This document shows positions 12,069-22,381 of a DNA stretch of 64,000 nucleotides, one piece after another. A program made the position numbers and the translations under genes. Source of the stretch: Zancudomyces culisetae HAW-14-8 (Eukaryota > Fungi > Kickxellomycota); the NCBI GenBank assembly GCA_052426225.1, contig JBNJNM010000023.1:62001-126000 (forward strand), given 5' to 3'. The notes beneath the pieces were generated by a model. It saw nothing but the letters and a program-made list of their open reading frames with translations. It made no database searches and had not been told where the DNA came from. Numbering within the stretch: the stretch's first letter is position 1; each line of letters begins with the position of its first letter.

Positions 12069-13586
12069 CACAGTTACGCAAAAATATGTTCGAACTTGGT
12101 AATTCACGCCTCATCTATATTTAAGACTATTTGTATTTTCAGCATTATCTGACATCCTGAAATGACAGGATATCATGTTCCTACACTCAATTACTCCCGC
12201 TCCTTCTCTTCTTTCTCTTTTCCAAGTTTATTTTATATGGTTTTTTAGATGCTAGTGAACACTTAGAAAAAAATTCAGGCTCTCGCTTGGATTTCACACT
12301 TGCAAACATAAAAAGTTTAGATTTTCGTCCACTTTTTTATATTTCTGTTACATTTGTTTATTGCTTTTATTTTTGTTTTTGTTTTTGTTTTTGTTTTTTT
12401 TTGATATGATACCTGCTCATTACACAATAATGTACTCCAGTTCCATCATCCGATTTCAAAAATGTTTTTTGGTTAGACCCTAATCTTTTTAAACATTTTT
12501 AGCAAGCCAATTAACACTGATTAGTGATTTCAGTTAGCAGTTCCACGTAAATGCCAGCGAAAAAACAAAGAACCTGAAAACATTTCCCAATAATCATGAA
12601 GCTTCTGGAAAATGGTCATCCTCCCACTTCTCATCGGCTACTCATTTATTATTCTTCTGGTCTTTTTTTTATGTCCACCACCAACCCGTATTTTATTGGG
12701 ACTTTGTCCTACAAAATGCTTAACCCAGATTTCAAATATTTTACGTTTTGGCTTTTGTATCTCTTTGACATTTCATTTTGTAACAAACAAGCTGCAAATG
12801 GGTGCTCTGTGTAATCTTTGACGTTGTTCAAGTTTAGTAGTACTTTACGTGACATTTACTTAACAAATCCATTGAATAAAATAAAAAAGCTGATTACAAA
12901 TTGTTTTTTTCATTGCATTATTGCTGTCACAGGTTGTGTAACTTGAGATCAGCATTTCTCTCTTTCACTTAGATAAAACGACTTCTCTCACTACAGAATG
13001 TATACACATTAGTTTCTGTTATGCCAGCAATAAACATTTATGTATGTGCAACAGCTAGTATTACCCTGTAAACCTAAAAAAACCCTGTCGCATTTATATT
13101 ATTTCAAAATATGGAATATCTTTAGGCACTAGTAGACATCCACTACATAAAGCATTGAGCACACATACCTTCGGATATCTGAAATATATGTTTCTAGTCT
13201 CTTTTATCTTTTGCAACTATCCATGCTTTTAGTTGATAAACTAGGCCTGATAGGCGAGTAAACAAAAAGCAAAAGCCGGTGATGCAAACCGCAGTATATG
13301 GACAGCGTTGGTTGGTTTGCACACATCAAAACTAAACTCTCAACTGAAACAAATCTGATCACAACATCCAATACAGTATACTTACAGATCTATATTAAAT
13401 CTTATATAATCAAACCGGATGAATCATTACAGGAAGAGTCGAGGTATAATAATTAGTTTTTATTTTAACAATATATAATCACAAAATCACATTTATGGGC
13501 TACAAAGACCATTAAATCTATCAAAAGCATTAGTAAAAATAACAAAAAAAAAGTAGTGTATGAGAGAGAGATTGCCAGCACAAGAA

Positions 13587-15173
13587 TTATTTGACATGTG
13601 ATGTAATTGTTGTAACAACTGGTGAAAGGCTACTAACGACAACAATGGTACTAAGCATTACACTTGGACTAGTACTACTGGTACTGCTTGGAGTAATGAT
13701 TACAGGTTTGTATATGGTAATTGCTACAGGTCGAGCTGCTACGGGTTGAGCTGCTACGGGTTGAGATACTCCTAGTCGAGCTGCTCTCAGTTGACGCGAA
13801 ACAGTGTGTACTCTGGTATGAGCAACAACTGATACCAATGTGACAACATTAACGCGTGTCGATAAACTTGTAGTGGCTGATACTGATGCTGGTACCGGTG
13901 TTGAAGTTAGAGTTAATGTCAGAGTTGGGGTTGAAACTGAGGTTGAGGTTGGAATTGAAGTTGGGGTTGGAGTTGGAGTTGGGGTTGGGGTTGGAATTGG
14001 TGTTGGAGTTGGTGTTGGTATTGGTGTTGGTGTAAGAACAGGAGCAGGAGTTGGGGTTGGCGTTTGTGTTTGTATTGAAGTAAGGGTAATAGTAGGGATA
14101 GAAATTGATGCTGCTGCTGCTGATTGTGGTACATTTCCCATCAAAACCGCATATTTAACAGCAATTTTCTTAAGATCTTCATAGCTGTTAAATCCGCCAG
14201 CATCCTTGATTTCCAAAAAGGCTACTCTCAGTTTTTCAAACATTGGAGCAGCAAAGAGTTTCTTAACCACTTCGTTCTTTGGTGTGAGACAGTCCATACA
14301 CTTCTGGCACGATTTGAAACAACGTTTGGGTTTACCCAACGCCCAAAGCTCTTTAAATGTCATGGTTTGGTACTTGTCCCGACACTGTATCATACATATT
14401 TTGTACCTCTCACCATCTATATTTTCACATTTTGCTATACATTGATCGTACAATTTCTTTCTAGTAATTTTGGCATTGCACTTAATGTACTCTTCCCTGC
14501 ACTCGTCTGGTTGTTCGGATACACTGGCACTACTGATACTACTGATACTACTGATACTACTGATACTACTGATACTACTGGTGCTGGTACTAGTGCTGGT
14601 GCTGATGCTGGTGCTAGTACTTATATCTGTGATGGTACTCGTATTTGTATCGATACTGATACTGGTGACATAAATAGTGGTGTTTGGTACTTGAATTGGT
14701 GCTGTTGTAATGCTTTTTGTAACTGTTTCGGAGCTTTGAAGAGAGGTTTCACTTTCCAAGATGGCATGTAGACGGGGGCCATCATCGTTGAAATCCCATT
14801 CAAGCAAATTCTCCTGGATATTTTCTGCATCAAGCGGAATTTCCTGCATATCATGAACAAGCTGCATTTCATTGTCTTTATCTTGCTGTGCCTCAGGTGC
14901 TTCTTGTTCGTGTTGCTTAATATCATAATTATCATTTTGCTCCTCTTTATCTACTCCCTCATCAGCTGGATACCACATATCTGAGTCAAGGCTCAGCTCC
15001 TTATCGGAATCCACATTATTTTCGACCTTTAAAGTGTCGCTATCCTGGATTTTATTACTAGCAAGTAGTCTCGATCCTGGTGAGTTCATTTGCTCTTTCA
15101 GGATAAACGAATTGACGGATACACTCAATGGGCCAAGTGCAAGGGCATATAGACTTGCGATATTTATTTTCAT
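13587..15173 (-). CDS. Secreted Ser/Thr/Pro-rich (mucin-like) protein with central Cys-rich domain
   Basis: 528-aa ORF with N-terminal signal peptide, acidic region, (SSI)n and (PT)n repeats, and a block with CxxxC spacing (CIAKC, CMIQC, CFKSCQKCMDC). Confidence 0.8.
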   Translation of the reverse strand: MKINIASLYALALGPLSVSVNSFILKEQMNSPGSRLLASNKIQDSDTLKVENNVDSDKELSLDSDMWYPADEGVDKEEQNDNYDIKQHEQEAPEAQQDKDNEMQLVHDMQEIPLDAENIQENLLEWDFNDDGPRLHAILESETSLQSSETVTKSITTAPIQVPNTTIYVTSISIDTNTSTITDISTSTSISTSTSTSTSSISSISSISSISSISSASVSEQPDECREEYIKCNAKITRKKLYDQCIAKCENIDGERYKICMIQCRDKYQTMTFKELWALGKPKRCFKSCQKCMDCLTPKNEVVKKLFAAPMFEKLRVAFLEIKDAGGFNSYEDLKKIAVKYAVLMGNVPQSAAAASISIPTITLTSIQTQTPTPTPAPVLTPTPIPTPTPTPIPTPTPTPTPTPTSIPTSTSVSTPTLTLTLTSTPVPASVSATTSLSTRVNVVTLVSVVAHTRVHTVSRQLRAARLGVSQPVAAQPVAARPVAITIYKPVIITPSSTSSTSPSVMLSTIVVVSSLSPVVTTITSHVK

Positions 15174-16653
15174 TTTTTGTTTGTTGGTGATATATGTATA
15201 TGTATATGTATAATTGTAATTATATTTGTAGATACAAGTATTTTTTTAATTCCTTGCGTATCACAAGCCGCTTATTTAAGTATCAACAAAGATTAGGATA
15301 TAACTGTATAGTACGAGTAGATTACTCTGTGATTTTTTTCCCTTTTATCTTTGATATGTTTAATTCAAAACAAAAAAAGTAGGCAGAGAGTACAAGAAAG
15401 GTGAGTTAGTAAAGAAAATTTTATTATTTTTGATACCGTTCTTTGTATAGCATTATATACTTATTTCTACAGCACCATGTTTGCTTGAAAGCTTTTTCCT
15501 ATATCAAAATACAGTATGTGTATAGTTGTATGCTTGGTTGATAACTGTAGAAAGTAAATAAACCAGAATTAGTTTAGACTGACTAGAACTTGCGGGTCAA
15601 AGTAACCTTAAAGAAAGCTAGCAACCCACCCACCCCAATCTCCCCGGTTTTTAGCCTTTTATTCAAAATGGTCACTGGTGAATATTCTTTTATTTTTTCA
15701 GAGAGTTGCATGAGATTTGGGCGGAATGGGATAAATGGAAATAATGTAATAAATAAATGATAAATCTTTTTTTGGAGGGAGAGCAGTTGGATAGATCGGC
15801 GAGTGTCTGGATTACCATCTGGGTCATTAAATTTGCATACCACTCTGTCCTCCACCTCCCCCTCATCGCTACTATATAATTTTCTGGACATTGATAAAGC
15901 GGAGTAAGCCGTGGGTAGTTTATGAAGGCGTGTGTGGGTTGAAAATATGATGCTTTCTAGCACTGGCTAGGCAGTTTATCTATAAATCAATAATTTGAAA
16001 TTAAATAAAATGTGGGGAGAAGGGGAAAAGAGGAAAAGAGGAAAAGGGTGGGTTTCAGATAGATTAGTAAGATTCCCGCCACCTTCATTTCTTCTTAATT
16101 GTACTAGAATTGGTATTTATACTGGAATGATGATGAAGGATTTGGATCTGTAGCTGGAAAACGAAATGAAGAGGTTACATATATAAAAACAAGAAAACAA
16201 GAAAAAAACCCGCACTATAAAACATAAAAAACATCTCTCCCCCCTCCTGCCTGTTCCCCCTGGTCATCTTGTATTTTGGACAGCTAACTTTTCTTTTTCA
16301 ACCAGCACATTTATTACCGTTTTAGTTTTCTTATAATTAATAATATCTCTCAAATCCAGGTCTAATCTAGATTCTCCAGATAAATAACTTTTAAAAAACA
16401 GGCAACATAATAACAAGACCTATACTAAATTCTACAATTTACCACGAGTAGTGGTAAACACGATATCAATGTCAAAAAGCTACATTTTTTTGCTTGGAAA
16501 AAAAAATTAAAAAATTGTGCTTGTGGAATAACCAAGCTGTAAAAACAAAGTTTTATGAGCCTTTAACAGATTTTATGCGCTTTATTGGCAAAGAATATGT
16601 AGAACGCTGCTCATAGTGATGCAGCCAAACTAAAAACTCTGCCATCACCCGAC

Positions 16654-17996
16654 TTAGGTAAAAATTACCGGTTTGCGTCCAGCGCGAACTCTTCTCAGTA
16701 CGTAGTACGACTGTAGTTCGTTGATATAAGGGCTAATATAACCTTCAGAGTTTAGTGTATCGATCAGCTGTTCAGCCCTATCAAGCACCTTTTTAACATT
16801 TTTTTCGCTGTACTTATGCATTACATACCAGTGCTTTGGTGGGCGAGGTGGCCTGGGCATTCTATATTTTTTCTTCAAAACATAAACTATCCTTTTTACA
16901 GCTCGTTTGTGGTACATTGTTTTGTTGCTTGCACTATTTCCGCTTTCAGTAATACAGGCATGTCGAACTTGTTAGGATTAGGGTTTTTTTCGAGAGTGGA
17001 TGGGAAGTACTTTGACTTTGTAGCATCACTTAAATCATATAGTGCTTTTGTAAAGTTGTTGTTTTTATTGATGGACGCAGCTGGGTTTGTCTTTGCAAAT
17101 GGCGAGTCTTTCTTTTTGTTTAAAATTTCAAGAGGGACGACATCGGGGTAGGTAAAACACATGTTGTTGTAACCAACATGCATGGAACTCTCTACGGTTA
17201 CATTAAAGTAATCAATTTTGTCGCTCAGTTTTGGGGCTGCGGAGCGGTTTGGATTTTTTCCATCATATGCATAGGTGAGTGATGGATCGGTGTTTTGCCA
17301 TTTCCAGTAGAGTCTATCCATATTCGAGTGGTGGAGGAAAAATACAAAATCGTTGGGGGAATAGTTTGTGGTCATATCGCCGGAAAAGCCCATATGCACA
17401 GCACCATGGAGAGAAAGTTCTAGGTTTCTCCTGAATTTATCATATGTCTTTGACTTTTGTATTATCGAGGTCATTTGTTCGGGGGAATAAAAGGGCTTAA
17501 TTTTCCCATTTTCGCCATTGAACTTGCGTCGTAAACAGTGTTTGTTTGGTTGTGACATTATCCAGTTTGCCTGGGCGCCATCAACGACACAGTTTCCAGC
17601 TGCTCCGTTGGTACCGATATATTTGCTGGAGATTATCGAACTTTTTACAGGATCCTTAAAATCAACTGCAGCGTCCCAATAGGGAACAAAGAACCTGGGG
17701 TTGTAGGTCTGGCCAATTTCTTCAAAGCGACGAGTAAGCAGGCGGTGAAAGGGAAGAAAGATGGAGCCATTGTGAACATAGTTGTAGACATCGTTGTGCA
17801 CTTTTGCAAGTTTGTTGAACCAGCCATCAACATGCATTTTTTTGATTACATCCTTGATCATTGCCCATTCGCTTTCGGATAATGTTTTTATTTCTTTTCT
17901 CACAACGATGGACTTACAGGGAACCGGTTTATTGAAGGCACCAAATGCAGTGAAAAGGTGAAGGTATACTAGTACAAGGTGTATTAGTGAATTCAT
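16654..17996 (-). CDS. Secreted tyrosinase/di-copper oxidase; C-terminus apparently in a shifted frame
   Basis: Signal peptide, VRKEI motif, CuA (HNDVYNYVHNGSIFLPFHR), PYWD and CuB (HGAVH..GDM..SPNDFVFFLHHSNMDR). ORF 16896-17996 overlaps ORF 16654-16917, which carries a tail (MPRPPRPPKHW..MH..LIDTLNSEGYISPY) resembling what I recall for kickxellomycete tyrosinases. Confidence 0.88.
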
Positions 17997-18580
17997 AATT
18001 GCTACTCGATGTGTTAATACTTTAGGTTGGTCCGCACTTTGTTTTTGTTTTTGTTTTTTTTTGTTTCCGCTTTTAAAAATATGTTTATCATGTACTTGTA
18101 AAATCTGCGTGAAAAGGGAGAGTATAAATAAAGTGAAAGAGATGATAATAATACAAGATTAGAGAAACATCGCTTATATACGAGAACAGAAAAAAAAAAG
18201 TGGGACCATTACGAGATATATATGTAGTGGCACTATGACGGGATGTGATGTAAAGAGCACAATTGTATTGTTGTATTGTTGTTTTGTATTTTGTTTTCGT
18301 TTATTTTTCTTTCTGGTCCCGGGAAAAGTCTAAAAGGTATATTGCAAAGAATAATGCTAATAAGTATAAATTATGTAGTATGATGTATGGAAATGAGTAT
18401 GAATTCATAACAACAGGTGTAGACAATGGGAATAAGGAGTAATCATTAGGAAACTCAATTCAAAGTAAGTGTCAATAAATAAATAAGAAAATAAAAAACA
18501 GGAGAATGAACAAAAATAAACAGGTGATATGCAGTACCATTGAAGTGGTGAAAAAGTATAGATGGTAGGAAAAAGGGCAA

Positions 18581-18660
18581 GGGTGGGGAGGTGGGAGGTG
18601 GGAGGTGGGAGGTGGGAGGTGGGAGGTGGGAGGTGGGAGGTGGGAGGTGGGAGGTGGGAT
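18581..18660 (+). repeat. (GGGAGGT)x~10 tandem repeat, G-quadruplex-capable
   Basis: Perfect 7-bp tandem array with regularly spaced GGG tracts. Confidence 0.9.
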
Positions 18661-19675
18661 AGTGGGTTTACGGAAGGAACAAGCCATTCTTTACTTCGTA
18701 TTGTACTTGTAAGCAGTGGTTGTTTTGAAACGCATGGTTGAGAGAAGAAAAAAAGAAATGGTAAAAGAGTGGGATGCAGAGGTGGAGGGGGTTATTGGGT
18801 GGTGCGTGGTGCAAGACAATTAGAAAAGTAGTAATGTACAAAGGATTATAGTATAACAAAGTGCTATTTTTGAGTAATGCAGGTATTTTTTTTTGTTGGG
18901 TTTATATCTAAAAGTACAAGCACAATACAATAGTATACAATGAAATACAATGCCAATATCTATATAATTTTTTATTAGACAGTAAATATTGCAAGGGCTA
19001 TTTTCAGAGTTGTATTGTTATTAATGTAAATCATAAACCAATTTCTGAATTGTTTTGTATGCAGAAAAAAAAAGAAAACAAAACAATCAGCTCAATCGCT
19101 TGTTCAGAGACTAACAATCAAAAAAGCGTGTATCACACACAGCAGAGTGTTTACACCTGTTGCTTTCACGGCATATTACGGGTATGAATGATGAAAAAAA
19201 AAAGATGATGAACGTTGATTTTTTTTTTCCTTCAGCTTTTTTTCAATTGATTATTTGTGGGGAAGGGGGGGGGGGAGAGAAAGGTTAAATGAAAGAGAGA
19301 GAGAGCGGAAAAAAAAGTTTTTAAATCAATTCAAGGATCAGTGAATAAGAGTAGCAGTGAGGTTTGGCTTTTTCTGGGTGTGTAGACGAATGAGGGTTAA
19401 AGTTTTACAAAGAGGAAGGAGAAGGGGAAGTTAATTCAACATAACCAGGGTGATTTAGAATGAGTACGTTTTGGTACATGTTAACTTGCAGCTGAGTTAG
19501 AGGTGTGGAGGGAGTCTGAAAGGAAGTAAAAACGTGAAAAAAAATGGGGAGTGGGAATTGTGGGAGTGGTAAGGAGATCATGATATGTTTTTTATCGATT
19601 GATTTGAGTTGTAGTGTAAATAAAAGTAAAAGATAAAAAATGAAAGTGTGGAAAAAAATAAATGGTAAGGAAAAA

Positions 19676-22381
19676 TCAAGACCATACATCTTCGTAATAT
19701 TGGTCAGATTCTCTAAAGCGGTTAAAGATATCAGTGGCAGAATCCCTATCTATAGCACGTTTTTCGGCAAGACAGTCAATGATACAGTTAACAACATCTT
19801 TGACCATAAACTTAGCATCGCCGCAAATGTAAAAGTAGGCGCCACGATTGAAAAGTAGGTCGTAGACCATGTCTTTGTGTTCGGCTATACGGTGTTGGAC
19901 ATAGACCTTCTGAGGTTGATCACGGGAGAAGGCGGTGATGAGCATGGAATTGGGGTTGGAAGGAGAGTTGAGGTTGATTTGATCGATGAGCAGGGAAAGT
20001 TCATCTTGGTAGAGGAAGTCAGCGTCTTTATTGCGGTTTCCAAAGAAGAGGATGGTTGAACCAACAGATGAACCAGAGCGGGATTGGAGAGAACGTTCAT
20101 GGATAAAGGCGCGGAAAGGAGCAAGACCAGTTCCAGGGCCAACCATAATGATGGGGATGGAAGGATCTGTAGGTAGTTTGAAGGGAGAGGGGCGAATGTA
20201 GATGGGTAGTTTGAATTGGTTATCTGGAGAGATACGGAGAGAAGTGTTGAAACCATGGATAAGGTAAGGATCAGAGTGACTGTTAGTAATGGAGGAGAGG
20301 AGAGAGGCCGAGTAAGGAGAGGGAGAGGTGTAGGAATCCCTGTCAGAGAGGACAGTTTTGAGGACATTAAAGTTGTTAGTGGTGGTTCCAAAGCGTTGAA
20401 CGTTGTCAGAGTTTGAGTACAACAGGACAGAGGCGGTGATGGAAACGGTGGAGGGATCAACAAGAGAGGATGATGAGATGGAGTAGAAGCGAGGAGAAAG
20501 TTTAGGTAGCAAATCAAACAGCAAGTCAAAGCTAAAGACCGGAGTGTAGGAGGGATCGGCAGATGTTTCGATGGAGATTATGTGGGCCAATAGCTCAGCG
20601 GGTGACTTGTAAGGATCGGAGATTTGGAGGTGGTAGTAGTCGTTGTCATCGGCCAGGCGGGTCAGGTAATTGATGGCAGCATCGCAGTGAGCATGTGGAA
20701 GGAGAATGTACTTGATAGAGCTGCGAGGAATTGGCATTGTGATGTCGAGATAGTGGCGCAACACAGACGCATAAGTTGATGAAGAGTGTGGAACCAATGA
20801 ACATGGCTTGGTTGGATCTGCACGATTAACAACAGCTATTTTGGTCTCTGGTTGAAGATTCAAGACCTGCAACAACTCGTTTACGGCTTCTTCACTGTTG
20901 GCTGGATACACACCGACATGGTCTCCTGTTTTATATGTCATTTTCGATGATTCTGGAAGCGCTAAATCCACATGAATAAACTTGCGATCACGAGAAGGAA
21001 CTGCCAAATCATACGCAGCTGTTACCACTGCCTCGTACACATTGCTGCTATCGTATATAGCTGGTGCTCCTGAGCCTATTGCCAGCTTGCCTACATCATC
21101 TCTGTCTTTCGCTTCGTTGATATCTAGTTCCTTGACTACATATGTCGACTCATATGTTCGTTTGGGTGCTGTGGAATCCACACCTATTGCCTTGCATATT
21201 TCTGGAAGCGCTACCTTTTTCCACTCTTCAAAGTCGTTTTCCAAGTCGCCATCGTCATCACCCAGTCCCAATGGCCCAACCAGTTGTGCTCCTAGGCTCT
21301 GTAGCCGTCGGACTGTCTGTCGTATGCACCAGTTGTAGTGTTCGTATGTTGTGTTGCCCAGTCCAAATGCTGCAATCCGCAGGTTTGCCAATGGTCTTTC
21401 TTCATCAAACTCTCCATCTTCTGGGTGTTCAAATTCAATCTGTTCCGCATCTTCAAAGTCCTCTGTAAACAGATCTTCTCCCACAAGCTGTCCAAACCAC
21501 GGCGCCATGTTGTCACATGCTTCTCCTTCTCCTGTTGTTGCCAACACCAAAACCAACAGCTGTTTCTTGTCTAGCTTGGATAAAGTCTCTACTGAATACA
21601 TGTCTGGATCCATAACCATCATGTCTAGCCCAAATCCAAGCTCTCCCTCCTGTGCCAACCGCTTCCCCAAGTCTTCCGCTGTCCCTGTCTGTGAACCATA
21701 CATAATCGCCACATTCTTCTTGTTCTCCCGCAACACCTCTGCCACATCTCGGTCTGTATTCATTACCTTTCGTCCGACTCCCTTTCCACTTCCTTCCCCA
21801 TTTTTTGCGACTTCTCCCTTTCCACCCAAGCTCACTCCCCCATATCCTCCTACATTCTCACTGTTACCCTTCAAAAATCGTCGAAGTATAAATGTTGCTG
21901 CTCCAACTAGCAACGTTGCTATCACGATTCCATCGATTCCTTCAAATCGTCCCATTTTTGCTTGCTTTGTTTCTTTTTCTTCTTTTCCTCCCTTTATAAA
22001 CTCTGGTTGTTTTTGCTTGTCTCCGATTACAATTTCTACTATCTTACTTATCGCTGCTGCTGCACTCAATAATATGGCTGTAAGTGCTACCTTGATTATA
22101 TTATACACGCCGCCTTCTTCACCCTCTTCTTTTCTTCTCCTCTTCTTATTGTCCCCACTGCTATTTTTATTACCGTAATTCAGCCGGTTATTCTTTCCCT
22201 TGCTTGCACTCTCGGATACTAGCTTATATGTGTTTCCTACTAGCACTCCTATCGCTTCTATTATTCTTATCGCTATCCCTTTACTTGTTTCGTTACTTTC
22301 TTCGTAGCTAAAATCAACTGGGTCTATACTTCCAAATTTGTACTGCACCTCTCTCTTGCTTGCCCTACTTTCTATATTCAT
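19676..22381 (-). CDS. NCP1: NADPH-cytochrome P450 reductase
   Basis: FMN motif YGSQTGTAED, FGLGNTTYEHYN, FAD motif PRFYSISSS, NADPH motifs MVGPGTGLAPFRAF and YICGDA, C-terminal YYEDVWS. Alternative start at ATG 21955 (MGRFEG.. just before the membrane anchor). Confidence 0.96.
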   Translation of the reverse strand: MNIESRASKREVQYKFGSIDPVDFSYEESNETSKGIAIRIIEAIGVLVGNTYKLVSESASKGKNNRLNYGNKNSSGDNKKRRRKEEGEEGGVYNIIKVALTAILLSAAAAISKIVEIVIGDKQKQPEFIKGGKEEKETKQAKMGRFEGIDGIVIATLLVGAATFILRRFLKGNSENVGGYGGVSLGGKGEVAKNGEGSGKGVGRKVMNTDRDVAEVLRENKKNVAIMYGSQTGTAEDLGKRLAQEGELGFGLDMMVMDPDMYSVETLSKLDKKQLLVLVLATTGEGEACDNMAPWFGQLVGEDLFTEDFEDAEQIEFEHPEDGEFDEERPLANLRIAAFGLGNTTYEHYNWCIRQTVRRLQSLGAQLVGPLGLGDDDGDLENDFEEWKKVALPEICKAIGVDSTAPKRTYESTYVVKELDINEAKDRDDVGKLAIGSGAPAIYDSSNVYEAVVTAAYDLAVPSRDRKFIHVDLALPESSKMTYKTGDHVGVYPANSEEAVNELLQVLNLQPETKIAVVNRADPTKPCSLVPHSSSTYASVLRHYLDITMPIPRSSIKYILLPHAHCDAAINYLTRLADDNDYYHLQISDPYKSPAELLAHIISIETSADPSYTPVFSFDLLFDLLPKLSPRFYSISSSSLVDPSTVSITASVLLYSNSDNVQRFGTTTNNFNVLKTVLSDRDSYTSPSPYSASLLSSITNSHSDPYLIHGFNTSLRISPDNQFKLPIYIRPSPFKLPTDPSIPIIMVGPGTGLAPFRAFIHERSLQSRSGSSVGSTILFFGNRNKDADFLYQDELSLLIDQINLNSPSNPNSMLITAFSRDQPQKVYVQHRIAEHKDMVYDLLFNRGAYFYICGDAKFMVKDVVNCIIDCLAEKRAIDRDSATDIFNRFRESDQYYEDVWS

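Noticed and set aside
15583-15963. 126-aa minus-strand ORF between the mucin-like gene and tyrosinase
   Set aside because: Non-ATG start, no recognisable motif, no supporting splice structure.
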